From Mobula birostris (taxonomy: Eukaryota), in assembly GCF_030028105.1 (NCBI RefSeq), contig NC_092379.1, positions 99,190,408 to 99,254,407 of the forward strand: a stretch of DNA of 64,000 bases. Direction: 5' to 3'. The position numbers were made by a program, and so were the translations under genes. Of this stretch, positions 50,501 through 63,769 are shown in pieces (positions within the stretch are counted from its first letter, which is position 1; every line of letters starts with the position of its first letter). Below the pieces are notes generated by a model. The model saw only the letters and a program-made list of their open reading frames with translations. It did no database searches and was not told the DNA's origin.

Positions 50501-52197
50501 ACTGAAAAATACCCAGCAGTCAGGCAGCACTGGTGAAGCAAAGTGGTCAGTCAATGTTTCAGTTCACCTATAGGCTGTTTTCCCTCTGACAAAACAAATA
50601 AAGGTTGCGATTTCAGCCCACTTTTGGAAATTATTTTATTGTGAATCTGTTAAGTTATTGAGAAAAAAGTACAAACCATTACAATTACGCCCACTTTGGT
50701 TTTAGTCTCAACCTATTTGTGACCAATGGGGATTTACACACATACCAAAGATTGCATTAGAATGACTCTTTCATCATCTCGGCATTTTGTTCAGTAGATC
50801 CAATTATGAACTCACTTGTTGATAATCATAGAGAACTTTCCTATACATGGTCAATCAGAGTTCCACATTAACATACCATTCAGTATTATCTCATTACTTG
50901 AGAACAAACTTGCATTATGTAAATTTGGTAAAGACTAAGAAGGTTTATAAACTCAAAATGTCAATTACATTGTCTAATAGTGTTCAGATAAGTTGTGTAA
51001 GTCATATAACATGTTACTAAACTTTCAATGTCAGATTTTGAAATTGGCACTGAATCAATTTCTCTCAGCTTGCGGAGCCACTACCATGATCTGCTTAACC
51101 CTGGCACACGTAAAAAGGAATGGAAAAAATCAGCCAGATTCTTGCTCCTGGATAATATTTAGTATTCATACTTGGAAAATCTGCTTGTATTATATCAGGT
51201 GGATGGGATTGATTTCAGCAATGTAATTCTGTATAGTCGCATTGCCAGTCCATGCTCATTATATACATCTGCAGATACTGGAAATTTGAAATAAAAACAG
51301 AGAACACTGGAAACACTCAGCTGATAAAGTAGCATCTGAGGAAAGAGAAACGCTGTGGATGCTGTTGAAGTGTCCCAGACTGGAAAAAACTCTTTCTCTT
51401 TCAACTGATACTGCCTGACCTGATGAGTGGTTCCAGTATTTGCTACTCTTACTTTAGTCTACATGGACATATGAAACTTAGCCACTGGGAAACTTAAACA
51501 AATTAGCATATCCTATCAAGAGTTAGCACCTTTAGGAAAGGAGAGAAAAATGTATGAAAATTGAAAAAAACATCAAATAGAACTATCTGATTTCCATTCT
51601 GTATTGTGAAGAGATGTCTTTATGTGATTCTCTGTTATATTTTAAGAATTCTAAGCCAATCTATTGATGACTCATTTTCTGTTGTTTTGTTGTTCCTTAC
51701 CGCGCCTTGTGGTGCATCAGGCGCAACCTTGCTGTTTCTTCAGCATTTTTGACTGTTTTACGAACCCAGCATGGATAGAAAGCATGCAAGGGTCCTGCTG
51801 GGTTCGAATCTGGGTCTGGTGCAGACACTACTGCACAACCAGCGAGTGAGCAACCTAACTGCCAGCGCCTCAGTGGAATCTACATTATATTAAGTGTTAA
51901 TTTATTCTGGAAAATGGAAAAAAGCCCACAATGAATCCACCATGTATTTTCTACATCTTACAATATATTTATAAATATGCAGCACATAAAATTTTACAAG
52001 TACCTTTGACTGCTATGTTATCTTATCAACCATCATTTCCTGATGGTACTCACTCATCTGAATGCAGTGGCTCACGAGAAAAACACTCCAGCACTTCACT
52101 AAAACTAGAGTTTTCCATGTGCTAGCCAAGGCAATGAATGTCAGTAAATGTCAACAGCATGGTGTGGCATAGCTGTCCGTGTTCTGTTCAAACCTTC

Positions 52198-55100
52198 ACC
52201 TACCTGTGACGCCACTTTTAGGGAATTTTGTATCTGTATTCCCAGATCCCTCTATTCTACTGCACTCCTCAGTGCCTTACCATTAACCCTGTATGTTCTA
52301 CCTTGGTTTGTCTTTCCAACGTGCAATACCTCACACTTGTCTGTATTAAACTCCATCTGCCATTTTTCAGCCCATTTTTCCAGCTGGTCCAAGTCCCTCT
52401 GCAGGCTTTGAAAACCTTCCTCACTGTCTACTACACCTCCAATCTTTGTATCACCAGCAAATTTGCTGATCCAATTTACCACATTATCATCCAGATCATT
52501 GATATAGATGACAAATAACAATGGACCCAGCACTGATCCCTGTGGCACACCACTAGTCACAGGCCTCCACTCGGAGAAGCAATTCTCTACTACCACTCTT
52601 TGGCTTCTTCCATTGAGCCAATGTCTAATCCAATTTACCACCTCTCCATGTATACCTAGCGACTGAATTTTCCTAACTAACCTCCCATGTGGGACCTTGT
52701 CAAAGGCCTTACTGAAGTCCATGTAGACAATATCCACTGCCTTCCCTTCATCCACTTTCCTGGTAACCTCCTCAAAAAATTCCAACAGATTGGTCAAACA
52801 TGACCTACCATGCACAAAGCCATGTTGACTCTCCCTAAGAAGGTCCCTGTCTATTCAAATGCTTGTAGATTCTGTCTCTTAGTACTCCCTCTAATAACTT
52901 GCCTACTACCGACGTTAAACTTACTGGCCTATAATTTCCCGGATTGCTTTTCGATCCTTTTTTAAACAACGGAACAACATGAGCCACTCTTCAATCCTCC
53001 GGCACCTCACCTGTCGACAGCGATATTTTAAATATTTCTGCCAGGGCCCCTGCAATTTCAACACTAGTCTCCTTCAAGGTCCGAGGGAACACCCTGTCAG
53101 GTCCCAAGGATTTATCCACTTTAATTTTCCTCAAGACAGCAAGGACCTCTTCCTTTTCGATCTGTACAGTTTCCATGATCTCACTACTTGTTTCCCTTAA
53201 TTCCATAGACTTCATGCCAGTTTCCTTAGTAAATACAGACGCAAAAAAACTATTTAAGATCTCCCCCATTTCCTTCGGTTCCGCACATAGCTGACCACTC
53301 TGATCTTCAAGAGGGCCAATTTTATCCCTTACAATCCTTTTGCTCTTAATATACCTGTAAAAGCTCTTTGGATTATCCTTCACTTTGACTGCCAAGGCAA
53401 CCTCATGTCCTTTTTTAGCCCTCCTGATTTCTTTCTTAAGTATTTTCTTGCACTTCTTATACTCCTCAAGCACCTTATTTACTCCCTGCTTCCTATACAT
53501 GTCATACAACCTCCTCTTCTTCTTTATCAGAGTTGCAATATCCCTTGAGAACCAAGGTTCCTTATTTCTATTCACTTTGCCTTTAATCCTGACAGGAACA
53601 TACAAATTCTGCACTCTCAAAATTTCTCCTTTGAAGGCTTGCCACCTACTGATCACGTCCTTGCCAGAGAACAACCTGTCCCAATCCACTGTTTTTAGAT
53701 CCTTTCTCATTTCTTCAAATTTGGCCTTCTTCCAGTTCAGAACCTCAACCCTAGGACCAGATCTATTCTTGTCCATGATCAAGTTGAAACTAATGGTGTT
53801 ATGATCACTGGAACCAAAGTGCTCCCCTACACAGACTTCCGTCACTTGTCCTAACTCGTTTCCTAACGGGAGATCCAATATTGCATCCCCTCTAGTTGGT
53901 CCCTCTATATATTGATTTAGAAGACATTCCTGAACACATTTTACAAACTCTAAACCATCTAGACCCCTAACAGTATGGGAGTCCCAATCAATATATGGAA
54001 AATTAGAATCCCCTACCACCACAACTTCCAATTCTTGTTGGCTATTGGGTGGTCTGTAATACAATCCCACTAATGTGGCCATACCTTTCCTGTTTCTCAG
54101 CTCCACCCATAAGGACTCAGTAGACAAGCCCTCTAATCTGTCCTGCCTGAGCACTGCTGTAATATTTTCCCTAACAAGCACTGCTGCTCCCCCACCTTTC
54201 ATTCCTCTGCCTCGATCACATCTGAAACATCGGAACCCTGGAATATTAAGCTGCCAGTCCTGCCCCTCCTGTAGCCAAGTTTCACTAGTTGCTATAATAT
54301 CCTAATTCCACGTGTCAATCCACGCCCTCAACTCATCCGCCTTCCCTGCAATACTCCTAGCATTGAAATATATACACCTCAGAAGATTTTTACCACCACT
54401 CACAACCTTTCTATTAGCGGATTTGCTTGAACTTTTAACATCATTTATTTTCACCCCAGCCACACTGTCAGCTCTGGCACTCTGGTTCCCATCCCCCTGC
54501 AAATCTAGTTTAAAGCCTCCCCAATAGCACTAACAAACCTCCCTGAAAGAATATTGGTCCCCTTGTAGTTCAAGTGTGACCTGTCTCTCTTGTACAGGTC
54601 CCACCTGCCCCAGAAGAGGTCCCAATTATCCTGAAATCTGAAACCCTGCCCCCTACGCCAGTACCTCAGCCACTTGTTCATCCTCCAGAGCATCCTATTC
54701 TTACCCTCATTGGCACGTAGCACAGGTAGCAATCCTGAGATTACCACCCTCGAGGTCCTGCTTTTCAACTTCCTACCAAGCTCTCTATACTCACTGTCCA
54801 GGACCTCCTCACTCTTTCTTGCTATGTCATTGGTACCGATGTGCACCACGACATCTGGCTGATCACCCTCCCACTTCAGAATGTCATGCAATCGATCAGA
54901 GACATCCTTGACCCTGGCACCCGGGAGGCAACAAACCATCCTGTATTCTCTGTCACGACCACAGAACCTCCTATCTGTACCTCTAACTATCGAGTCCCCT
55001 ATCACTACCGCTCTCCTCTTTTTCCACCCTCCCTTCTGCACTGCAGAGCCAGACTCAGTGCCAGAGATCCGGCTACTGCAGCTTGTCCCAGGTAAGTCAT

Positions 55101-55650
55101 TCCCCCCAACAGTATCCAATGCGGTATACTTGTTGTTGAGGGGAATAGCCACAGGGGAACCCTGCTCTGCCTGCCCTTTCCTCTTCCCTCGCCTGACAGT
55201 GACCCAATTTCCTGTCCTCTGCTCCTTTGGCGTAACTACCTCCCTGTAGCTACTATCTATAATCTCCTCATTCTCCCGAATGATCCCAAGGTCATCCAGC
55301 TCCTGCTCCAGTTCCCTAACGCGGTTTTTTAGGAGCTGCAGCTGGATGCACTTCTTGCAGGTGTCGTTGTCAGGGACACCGGAGGGCTCCCTAACTTCCC
55401 ACATCCTGCAAGAGGAGCATTCCAACATCCTGCCTGGCATTCTCTCTACGCTAGACAATCTGAACAAAAAACTTACCAGAACCTACCCTGGCCTCTGCCT
55501 GTTCTCGCCGAAGCCTGTTTAGCCAAAGCCGTCCCACTCTGACTCAGTCCACTCCGATGATGGCCGCTGTATATGATGGTCTGTTTTTAAACCTTGGTGC
55601 GCTACGTTACGCGCCTGCGCAGTGCAGACCCTTCTCCCCGAGCAGTGTTT
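52198..55650 (-). mobile_element. CR1 LINE: 5'UTR + ORF1 + ORF2 (APE, RT), lacking its 3' end in this orientation
   Basis: ORF1 54505-55467, APE (YFNARSI, YYRPP, GD.N, SDH), RT (DFSKAFDKVPH, GVPQGSVLGP, KFAGDTK). Confidence 0.96.
54505..55467 (-). CDS. CR1 ORF1 protein (zinc finger, coiled coil, SGNH esterase)
   Basis: CSSC...CKKC, LKNRVRELEQELDDL, VIGDSIVR, VHIGTND, D..HLN..G; open 320 codons. Confidence 0.88.
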   Translation of the reverse strand: MFRLSSVERMPGRMLECSSCRMWEVREPSGVPDNDTCKKCIQLQLLKNRVRELEQELDDLGIIRENEEIIDSSYREVVTPKEQRTGNWVTVRRGKRKGQAEQGSPVAIPLNNKYTALDTVGGNDLPGTSCSSRISGTESGSAVQKGGWKKRRAVVIGDSIVRGTDRRFCGRDREYRMVCCLPGARVKDVSDRLHDILKWEGDQPDVVVHIGTNDIARKSEEVLDSEYRELGRKLKSRTSRVVISGLLPVLRANEGKNRMLWRMNKWLRYWRRGQGFRFQDNWDLFWGRWDLYKRDRSHLNYKGTNILSGRFVSAIGEALN

Positions 55651-55658
55651 AAAAACAA

Positions 55659-56207
55659 AATCTGGATTATTGTGTTCAGTTTTGGTCACCAAATTACAGG
55701 AAGGATATAAATAAGGTTGAAAGAGCGCAGAGAAGGTTTACAAGGATGTTGCCAGGACTTGAGAAACTCAGTTACAGAGAAGGGTTGAACAGGTTAGGAC
55801 TTTATTCCCTGGAGCGTAGAAGAATGCGGGGAGATTTGATAGAGGTATATAAAATTATGATGGGTATAGATAGAGTGAATGCAAGCAGACTTTTTCCACT
55901 GAGGCAAGGGGAGAAAAAAAACAGAGGATATGGGTTAAGGGTGAAGGGGGAAAAGTTTAAAGGGAACATTGGGGGGGGCTTCTTCACACAGAGAGTGGTG
56001 GGAGTATGGAATGAGCTGCCAGACGAGGTGGTAAATGCAGGTTCTTTTTTAACATTTAAGAATAAATTGGACAGATACATGGATGGGAGGTGTATGGAGG
56101 GATATGGTCCGTGTGCAGGTCAGTGGGACTAGGCAGAAAATGGTTCGGCACAGCCAAGAAGGGCCAAAAGGCCTGTTTCTGTGCTGTAGTTTCTATGGTT
56201 TCTATGG
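55659..56207 (+). mobile_element. CR1 3' terminus in the opposite orientation, abutting the 5' end of the previous element
   Basis: LDYCVQFWSPNYRKD...QRVVGVWNELP...GQWD*, then GTTTCTATG tail repeats. Confidence 0.93.
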
Positions 56208-56434
56208 AAAGCTTTAAAGCTGAAATATAAATTATGACTCAATTTTCCTTTCCTGAAGTTATGGGATTTAAGAAGTCGAATGATCTCCTAACAGATAGAA
56301 GCAGGGCATATCCTTCACCGTATCTGTATACTGTATACCTTCAACAATTTAGACCATAATAACAGGTAGTATTTGTCTGACTCTCAATTTCTACATTCAG
56401 AGAATAGGCTGATGGAAGTAAGATAATGAACTAG

Positions 56435-56780
56435 ATTCTAAGTTCAAAGTAAATGTTATTATAAAAATACATATATGCCATCATTTACAGGACAAGCCTG
56501 AGATTCATTTTCTTGTGGGCATCCTCAGCAAATCTATAGAATAGTAACTATAACAGAATCAATAAAAGATCAACCAGTGTGCAGAAGACTGCAAATGCAA
56601 ACTTTTTAGTGGTTATAGGAATATTTCAGTGATGGGGCAAGTGAGTCTAGGTATCCCCTTTTATTCAAGGCCCTTTTAGTTGTGAGGTAGAAATTGTTCT
56701 TGAACCTGGTGGTGTGAGTCCTGAGGCCCTTGACCCTTCTACCTGATGGCAGCAGCGAAAAGAGACCGTAACAGAGATTT
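56435..56780 (-). mobile_element. Rex1/Babar 3' end
   Basis: FSLLPSGRRVKGLRTHTTRFKNNFY. Confidence 0.85.
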
Positions 56781-57139
56781 GGATGCATTACCACAATGAT
56801 ACACAGAATACTCAATTAGGGAGTCTTCTGGAGGACATTTTCCTGTACTAACAGCTGAACTGACAAAAAGGCTGTAATCGTCCTCGGAAGGGTGCTGAAC
56901 AAACAAAGCGTGTTGTATTTTAATTTAAGAAAAGCTGACCCTCTTTGTTCCTGGAGGTTTTTGCTTCTTTAATTCATTCATGGGATGCGTTGGATGTGAT
57001 ACTGCTGGCATTTATTTTCAATCATTTGAGTGGATCAGGAGTCAGACTGGGTAAAGATGGCATATTTCCTTTCCAGATGCACAATGGAGAGTACCCTGGT
57101 GTGGAAGCATCAATATCCAAGAATGAAAAAACCTACAGT

Positions 57140-57932
57140 CTATCACAGGAAAAGCCATCTACATGGAGCACTGGAACAAAAAAGCAGCATTTATCATCAA
57201 GGAACTCAATAATCAAGGTTATGCTCTCTTCTCGCTGTCGTATTGGGCAGGAGATGCAGGAGCCTTAAGTCCCATACCAGCAGGTTCATGAACAGTTACT
57301 CTACTTCAACCATCAGGCTCCTGAACCAGTGTGGATAATTTCACTCAACTCAGCACTGAACTGATTTAATAGCCTATGGGTTCACTTTCAAGGATTCTAG
57401 AACTCATCTTCTCAGTATTATTTATTTACTTCTTTAGTAATTATTATTGTTTTCTTTTTGTATTTGGACAGTTTGTCTTCATCTGCACCTTGACTGTCAG
57501 TTTCTAGTTTTAATTGATTCTATCTTATTTCTTTGTTCTACTGTGAATGCCTGCAAGTAATGAATCTCAGGATAGTACATGGTGACAGATATGAACTTGG
57601 ATAATACATTTACTTTGAACGTTGAACAGATGGAGAGTGGACTGTAATAGGAAAAAATTGGGATGTTCCAGCTGCTACCATCCAGGAAACAGTGACGCAT
57701 CATAAAAGCCAGGACCAACAGGCTCCGGGCAGCTTCTTCCATCAGGCCAACAGACTGATTAAGTCATGCTGATACAACTGTATTTCTATGTTACATTGGC
57801 TGTCCTGTTGTACATACTACTTATTATAAATTACTATAAATTGCACATTGCACATTTAGACGGAGACGTAACATAAAGATTTCTACTCCTCGTATATGAA
57901 GGATGTAAGTAATAAAATCAATTCAATTCAAT
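57140..57932 (+). mobile_element. Two adjacent Rex1/Babar-type 3' ends
   Basis: AGGAGCCTTAAGTCCCATACCAGCAGGTTC...AATACATTTACTTTGAAC, and a second piece ending AATAAAATCAATTCAATTCAAT. Confidence 0.75.
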
Positions 57933-59155
57933 ATTAAGCTGATTCCTTTGGAGCACTTACCCCACCCCCAATCATTCATTCATCCAGTAGCTGGAAGTGC
58001 ATTTGTACAGTGAAGACTTTAGAGAGATGACACAAAGTTCATACCTGCTGAGCTGGCATCAGCTGCAGGAATGTAGAATGCATCAACAGAGAATGCTGTG
58101 CTGAAACCAGTGTCAGTGCGTGGTTACATAAGGAAACCCCACAACATTATTTCGTAAGCTAGGTAGTTCAAGTTGTTGATCTCTTTGCAACTTCACAAAT
58201 AGCATCTGAATGAGCTGCAACTGCACTTCATTGCCAACGTTAAGGAAAATACCACAAAGCAATTCGCAGGCCCAGAGGTGTTATAGAATCTCTCTGGCAC
58301 AGGATATTTAAAATATGCAATTGAATTCCTTTAGGTTTTAGTTATTGTTGAAAATATTTTAAATGACGTTTTTGTTACTTTTCTTAAAAAGTTTCTGTTC
58401 CAGCTCTTTTCCTCAATCTTCTGTAATTTGTTTTTTTTCTCTAATAATCTTCCCAAATCTACTTGGCCTTGAATTAACACATTTGAACTTACATTTACTC
58501 CCACTATTGTTAATTCATAATTATTCAGCTTGATTGACATACCTTTATTCCAGCTCAAGCTGCCTTCCTCACCCACCGTAATCACCTTATTAACCTATAA
58601 AAATGGTTATTGATGAGAAATATTAACAAGGGCTTCTCTCTCTGCTTCCATTTTCCAGCACTTTTATTTCAGTTGTTTCAGGAAAATAAAAATTCCAGAT
58701 CCTTGTTGTAAGGGTCATGGCAAGATCATCCTCACAAATCTGCTTTAAACCAGCAAAGCAAACTATTGCAGGAGCTGGAGATCTGAAATAAAAATGGAGG
58801 ATGCTGGAAATACTCAGGAGATCAGGTGATATCTGTAGACAGGGAAATATCTTTTTTTTAGTTCTGAATGAAAGTTATTAATCTAAAACACTGTGTCTTT
58901 TTCTCTCTCTCTGCAGGTGCTTCCTTTTCGTACCCTGTTTGACCTAGCACAAAACTCATGGCCTAGCAGGCAACGGGGATCTCTGTCCTTCTATATGCTT
59001 CTGCAACTTTTCTTTAGCATCTTTACTGTCTCAGGAGATTAAAGAGGTTCAGCTTGTCATCAAACACTCTAATGAACTTCTACAGATGTGCTGTTGATAG
59101 TATCCTGTTTGCATCAAGGTCTGGTAGAGTAATTTGAATAAGAAGGAATGTAAGA

Positions 59156-61047
59156 AACCAACATACCGTTTACCTAAATTGATGCAATCCTTTCAACAAT
59201 ACGACCAATTATCAGGATACAAGATCAACATAGATAAACCCCACTACTTTCATATAACTATAGCACACCAAGAGAAATTGAAAGTAGATATCCTTGGGCA
59301 TGGCAAACAGAGTCCATCAAGTATTTGGGCATCATTATGCCAAAAGGTTTGGCAAAATTATCAGAATGCAATTATCAGCCTATATATAAAAAATTAAGAA
59401 GATATAACAAGATAGAACCCAATTCCTTTTCTTGGTCTCAGTTCAAGGATTGAATCTATTAAAATGAATATACTGCCCAGACTACTATATCTCTTTCAGA
59501 CCCTACCAATAGAGATGAACCAAAATCAATTCAATGAATGGAACAAGATGCTATCAAGATATATATGGCAAGGTAAAAGGCCTAGGGTTTGTCTCAAAAC
59601 TTCGCAATTAGCCAAGGAAAAGTGGGCGGGGGGGGGCTACCTTCTCTCAGAGATTATTATTTTGCAGCACAGTTCAGAGCTGTGATAGGCTGGTGCAACC
59701 CATCATATGATGCTCAATGGAAAAACATTGAGGAGAGGATACTTTCCATCCCCATACAGACAATTTTGGCCGATAACAAACTACAAAGTTACTTAAATAA
59801 TATTGACAACCCGTGGGTGAAATGGACTCTTAAAATATGGAAAACTATTATAAAGGAATATAAACTAGAGAGAAACATTGCAATTCTTAAATGGTGTACA
59901 TATGACTTGGATTCTACGCCGAATAAATTGGATGCTAGATTTAAGGACTGGACAGCTAAAGGAATAACAGCCAATTGCAATATAATGAAAGAAGGAACAC
60001 TGTTCAGTTTTGAAATGTTCAAAGAGAAACACTTATTAGAAAAACAAGACTTTTACCAGTATTTACAGATGCGACAGTGTGTTAATAGGATGGTTAAAAA
60101 TGTAACCAAGGCAAGTACATGTCTGATAGAGCTATTTAGAAAAGCATGTAATTCAGACAACGGTAGTAGAATAATTTCAAGGGTGTATAAGGGTTTGTCA
60201 AATCTTAAAACACATTCGACTTCATACATTAAAACAAATTGGGAGAAGGAAGGAGGGATAATCATATCTGAGGAAGACAGGACAATAATATGGAGGTATC
60301 AATGAAAGTGTACCAGTTCACAGAAATGGAGGGAGTTCGGGTGGAAAAACTTGATAAGATATTTTATTATACCCTCTCAGAAATCCCATTATGATAGTAA
60401 CCCCCTGTTTGCTGGAGAAATTGTGGAAATCAGAATGCAAACCATTATCATATTTTCTGGGAATGCCCCATTATCAAAGACTATTGGAGTGGGATACATA
60501 ATGCCCTACAAGACATCTTTAAATGTGAAATACTCTTAGAGAGTAAGACGATATATTTTGGGTATATACCTCAAGAATGGTTGAAAAGAGATAAATATTT
60601 AATGAATGTACTGCCAGTGACTGGTAAAAAGACCCTTACCAGGAAATGGTTATCACAGGAGAGCCTGTGATATAAATGTATGGATGGAAATTACAATGGA
60701 CATTTACAAATTGGAGAAGATAACAGCATCTGTTAATCATAAGTTGGAACAATTTTATTCATACTGGAAAAAATGGTTTAACTACATAACACCTCATAGG
60801 CCTGATTTTATTCTCACAAGTCAATGAGTATGTTGCTAAAAAAAGATCACTCCCTACTCTGTACATAGTTTTCCTCTGGATTGTTCTTTCCTTCCTCTCC
60901 TTTCGATAAGTGTATACCTCAGATGAGTATTATGTGGAGATTTGTGACAAATATGATTACATGATATATATGTACAGTATCTGAAATACATCTTGTGGAA
61001 ACGTTTGTCTGATGATGAAGTTCAATAAAAAATAAATTACGAAAAAA
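59156..61047 (+). mobile_element. 5'-truncated L1/Tx1-clade LINE inserted in a Rex1 copy
   Basis: SGYKIN, MNILPRLLYLFQTLP, GGGLPSLRDYYFAA, C-terminal CWRNCG...HIFWECP knuckle, AATAAA plus A-rich tail, 16-bp TSD AAGAAGGAATGTAAGA (59140-59155, 61048-61063). Confidence 0.93.
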
Positions 61048-61419
61048 AAGAAGGAATGTAAGAGGCAACAGAGAGCAGCAGTCTCTGCCCAATACATCAT
61101 GAGCACATACCTGCCTACCATCAGTTGTACCTAGAGGAGATGCTGCCTTAAAAAGACAACATTCATCTCCCAAGGGCCCACCATCGATGGTGGGGTCTTC
61201 TTGTAGCTATCATCAGACAGGAGTTACAGAAGCCCAAAATCCTCGACTAGGTTCAATAACAGTCCCTTCAAACATTTGCTTCTTGAACCAACCGGCAAAA
61301 CCTTAATCACCATCTCAGTATAGCAACACTATAACCACTTTGATCAGTTTGCAATAAAATGCACCATTTTGTTCTTGTTGTGTTGTTTCCTGTAAAAAAA
61401 AGTGTAAAATTTATACATA

Positions 61420-63580
61420 AACCCAACAGATTCTGCAGGTGCTGGAAATCCAGAGCAACACACCCACACACAATGCTGAAGGAACTCAGCATTGGGAATA
61501 ACTAAGCAGTTGACATTTTAGGTAGGCATTCTTCTTCAGGACTGGGAAGGAAGGGAGAAGAACCCACAATGAGAAGGTGGGGTAATGGGAAAGAGTATAA
61601 GCCAGAAGGTGGCAGGTGGTTGGGTGGGGGAGGGATGAAGTAGGAAGCTGGGAGATGATAGGTGGAAAAGTTAAAGGGCTGGAGAAGAAGAAATTAGATA
61701 AGAGAGGAGAGTAGATCACGGGAGAAAGAGAAGGAGGAGGGACACCAGGGGGAGGTAATAGGCAGGCAAGGAGAAGAGAGGAAGAAAGAGGGAAGCCAGA
61801 ATGAAAGTGAAAGAAGAGGGAAGAGGGAAGGGGAAAATTAACGGAAATTAGAGAAATTCATGTTAAAAGTATGAGATGTTGCTCCTCCAGCCTGACAGTG
61901 GCTTCATTGTGGCAGCAGAGGAAGCCATGGACCAACATGTTGGAACAGGAATGGGGATTGGAATTAAAATGGTTGGCCTCCAGGAATTCTCTGCTCTTTG
62001 TGGATAGAGCAAAGGTGACAAAACGGTTCCCTAATCAAGATTGGATCTCACCATTGTACCTTGTGCTCCCAATATGGATCTCACATTGGGAGCATAAGGT
62101 ACAGCAGATGACTCCAACAGTTTTGTAGGTGAAGTGTTGCCTCACATAGCAGGACGCAGGACTGCTTGGGGTGGATTCTGAATGGAGGTGACGGAGGAGG
62201 TAAATGGGTAGGTGCAGCACATCTTCCAATTGTAGGGATAAGTGCCAGGAGGGAGGGAGAGAGATTGATGGGGAGGAACAAATGGTGGGAAGGTAAAGAT
62301 GTCTTTGTGATGGGATCCCATTGAAGATGGCAGAAGTTGCAGAGAATGATATGCTGGATTTGGAAGTTCATTGGGGTGGTAGGTAAGGACAAGAGGAAAG
62401 TGAGAAGGTGGGGGTGAGAGCTAATGTCTGGAAAATTGGGGAAATTCAGGTGAGGGCAGCACCGATATTGGAGGAAGGCAAACCATGTTCTTTGAAGAAG
62501 AAAGACAACTCTGATGTTCTGGAAAGGAAAGCCTCATCTTGGAAACAGATGTGGTGGAGATAAAGGAACTGAGAAAAAGCAATGGCATTTTTACAGGAGA
62601 CAGGGTGGGAACAGGTATAGTCAAGATAGCTGTGGGTGTTGATAGGTTTGTAAATTATATCAGCAGACAGTTTGCCTCCAGAGATGGAGATAGTAAAATT
62701 GAGAAATGGGAGACAGATGTCAGAAATGGACTAAGTGAATTTAAAGGTAAAGTGGAAGTTGGAGACAAAGTTGATAAAATTGATGAGCTCAGCGAGGGTG
62801 CATGAAGCAGCACCAATGCAGTCATCACTGTAGCACAGAAGGAGTTGGGGAGCATTACCAGGCAAGGCTTGGAACATGACTTTCCACATAGTCAATGGAA
62901 AGGCAGGCATAGCTAGGGCCTATGTATATGCCCTTGACTACACCTTAATTTTGGAGAAAGTGGGAGGAGCCAAAAGAGAAATTGTTTACTGTGGAGTCCA
63001 GTTCAGCCAGACGGAGGAGGGCGGTAATGGAGGGGAACTGTGTGGGTCTGCTGTCGAGAAAGAAGTGGAAGGCTTTTAGGGAGATAACAATATATAGGGA
63101 CTGGACATCCATGGTGAGAATGAAGGTGATCAGGGACAGGGAATTGAAAGTTGCTGAGGAACATGTGAAATGTCATGGATGTAGATGGGAAAGGACTGAA
63201 TCAAGGGGGATAAAAGGAGTTGGTGTAAGTACCCAGACTGCCAGGATTGTGGATCTTGGGTAGGAGGTAGAAATGAGCAGTGTGGGGTAGGGGAACTATG
63301 AGGTTGGTGGCAGTGGATGGGAGATCTCCAAAGTTGATGGGGTTGGTGATGGAGACAATGTCTTGATGGTCCAGAGTGGGGTCCTGATCAAGAGGTAAGT
63401 AAGAGGAGGTGTCTTAGAGTTGCCACCTGGCCTCAAGAATGTAGAGATCAGTCTGCCGGACTACAACAGTACCCACTTTGTCTGCAGGTTTCATGGTGAG
63501 GTTGGGATTGGTGTGGAGAGAGTCGGGGGTAGTGCATTCAGAGGTAGTAAGGCTCAAGGAGAGAGAAGTGCTGAATAGTT
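61420..63580 (-). mobile_element. Penelope-like element (decayed RT + GIY-YIG) with terminal repeat
   Basis: Minus-strand remnants GPSYACL, YSDDCIG, HSYLDY..SHP..CKNAIAFSQFL, and VGVICCTLCSQCEIHIGST (GIY-YIG); degenerate hammerhead at ~61508-61544. Confidence 0.85.
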
Positions 63581-63769
63581 TCTACTAAGTTTGTTTTTCT
63601 TGTGAACGTTGCTTATATGATGTTATGTGACTGTGATGCTGCTGAAAGTAAGTTTTCCACTGTACCTGTGCTCACATTTATTTGGGCATAGCTCAAGGAA
63701 TTCAAATGTGACAATCAAACTATGAACTCAGCCAACCTTCAGCTGGAATCTGAAGGCAATGAAAAAATA

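Noticed and set aside
58331-58585. ORF with faint resemblance to an aminoacyl-tRNA synthetase C-terminal coiled coil
   Set aside because: Low-complexity Lys/Leu-rich match in AT-rich DNA; not specific.
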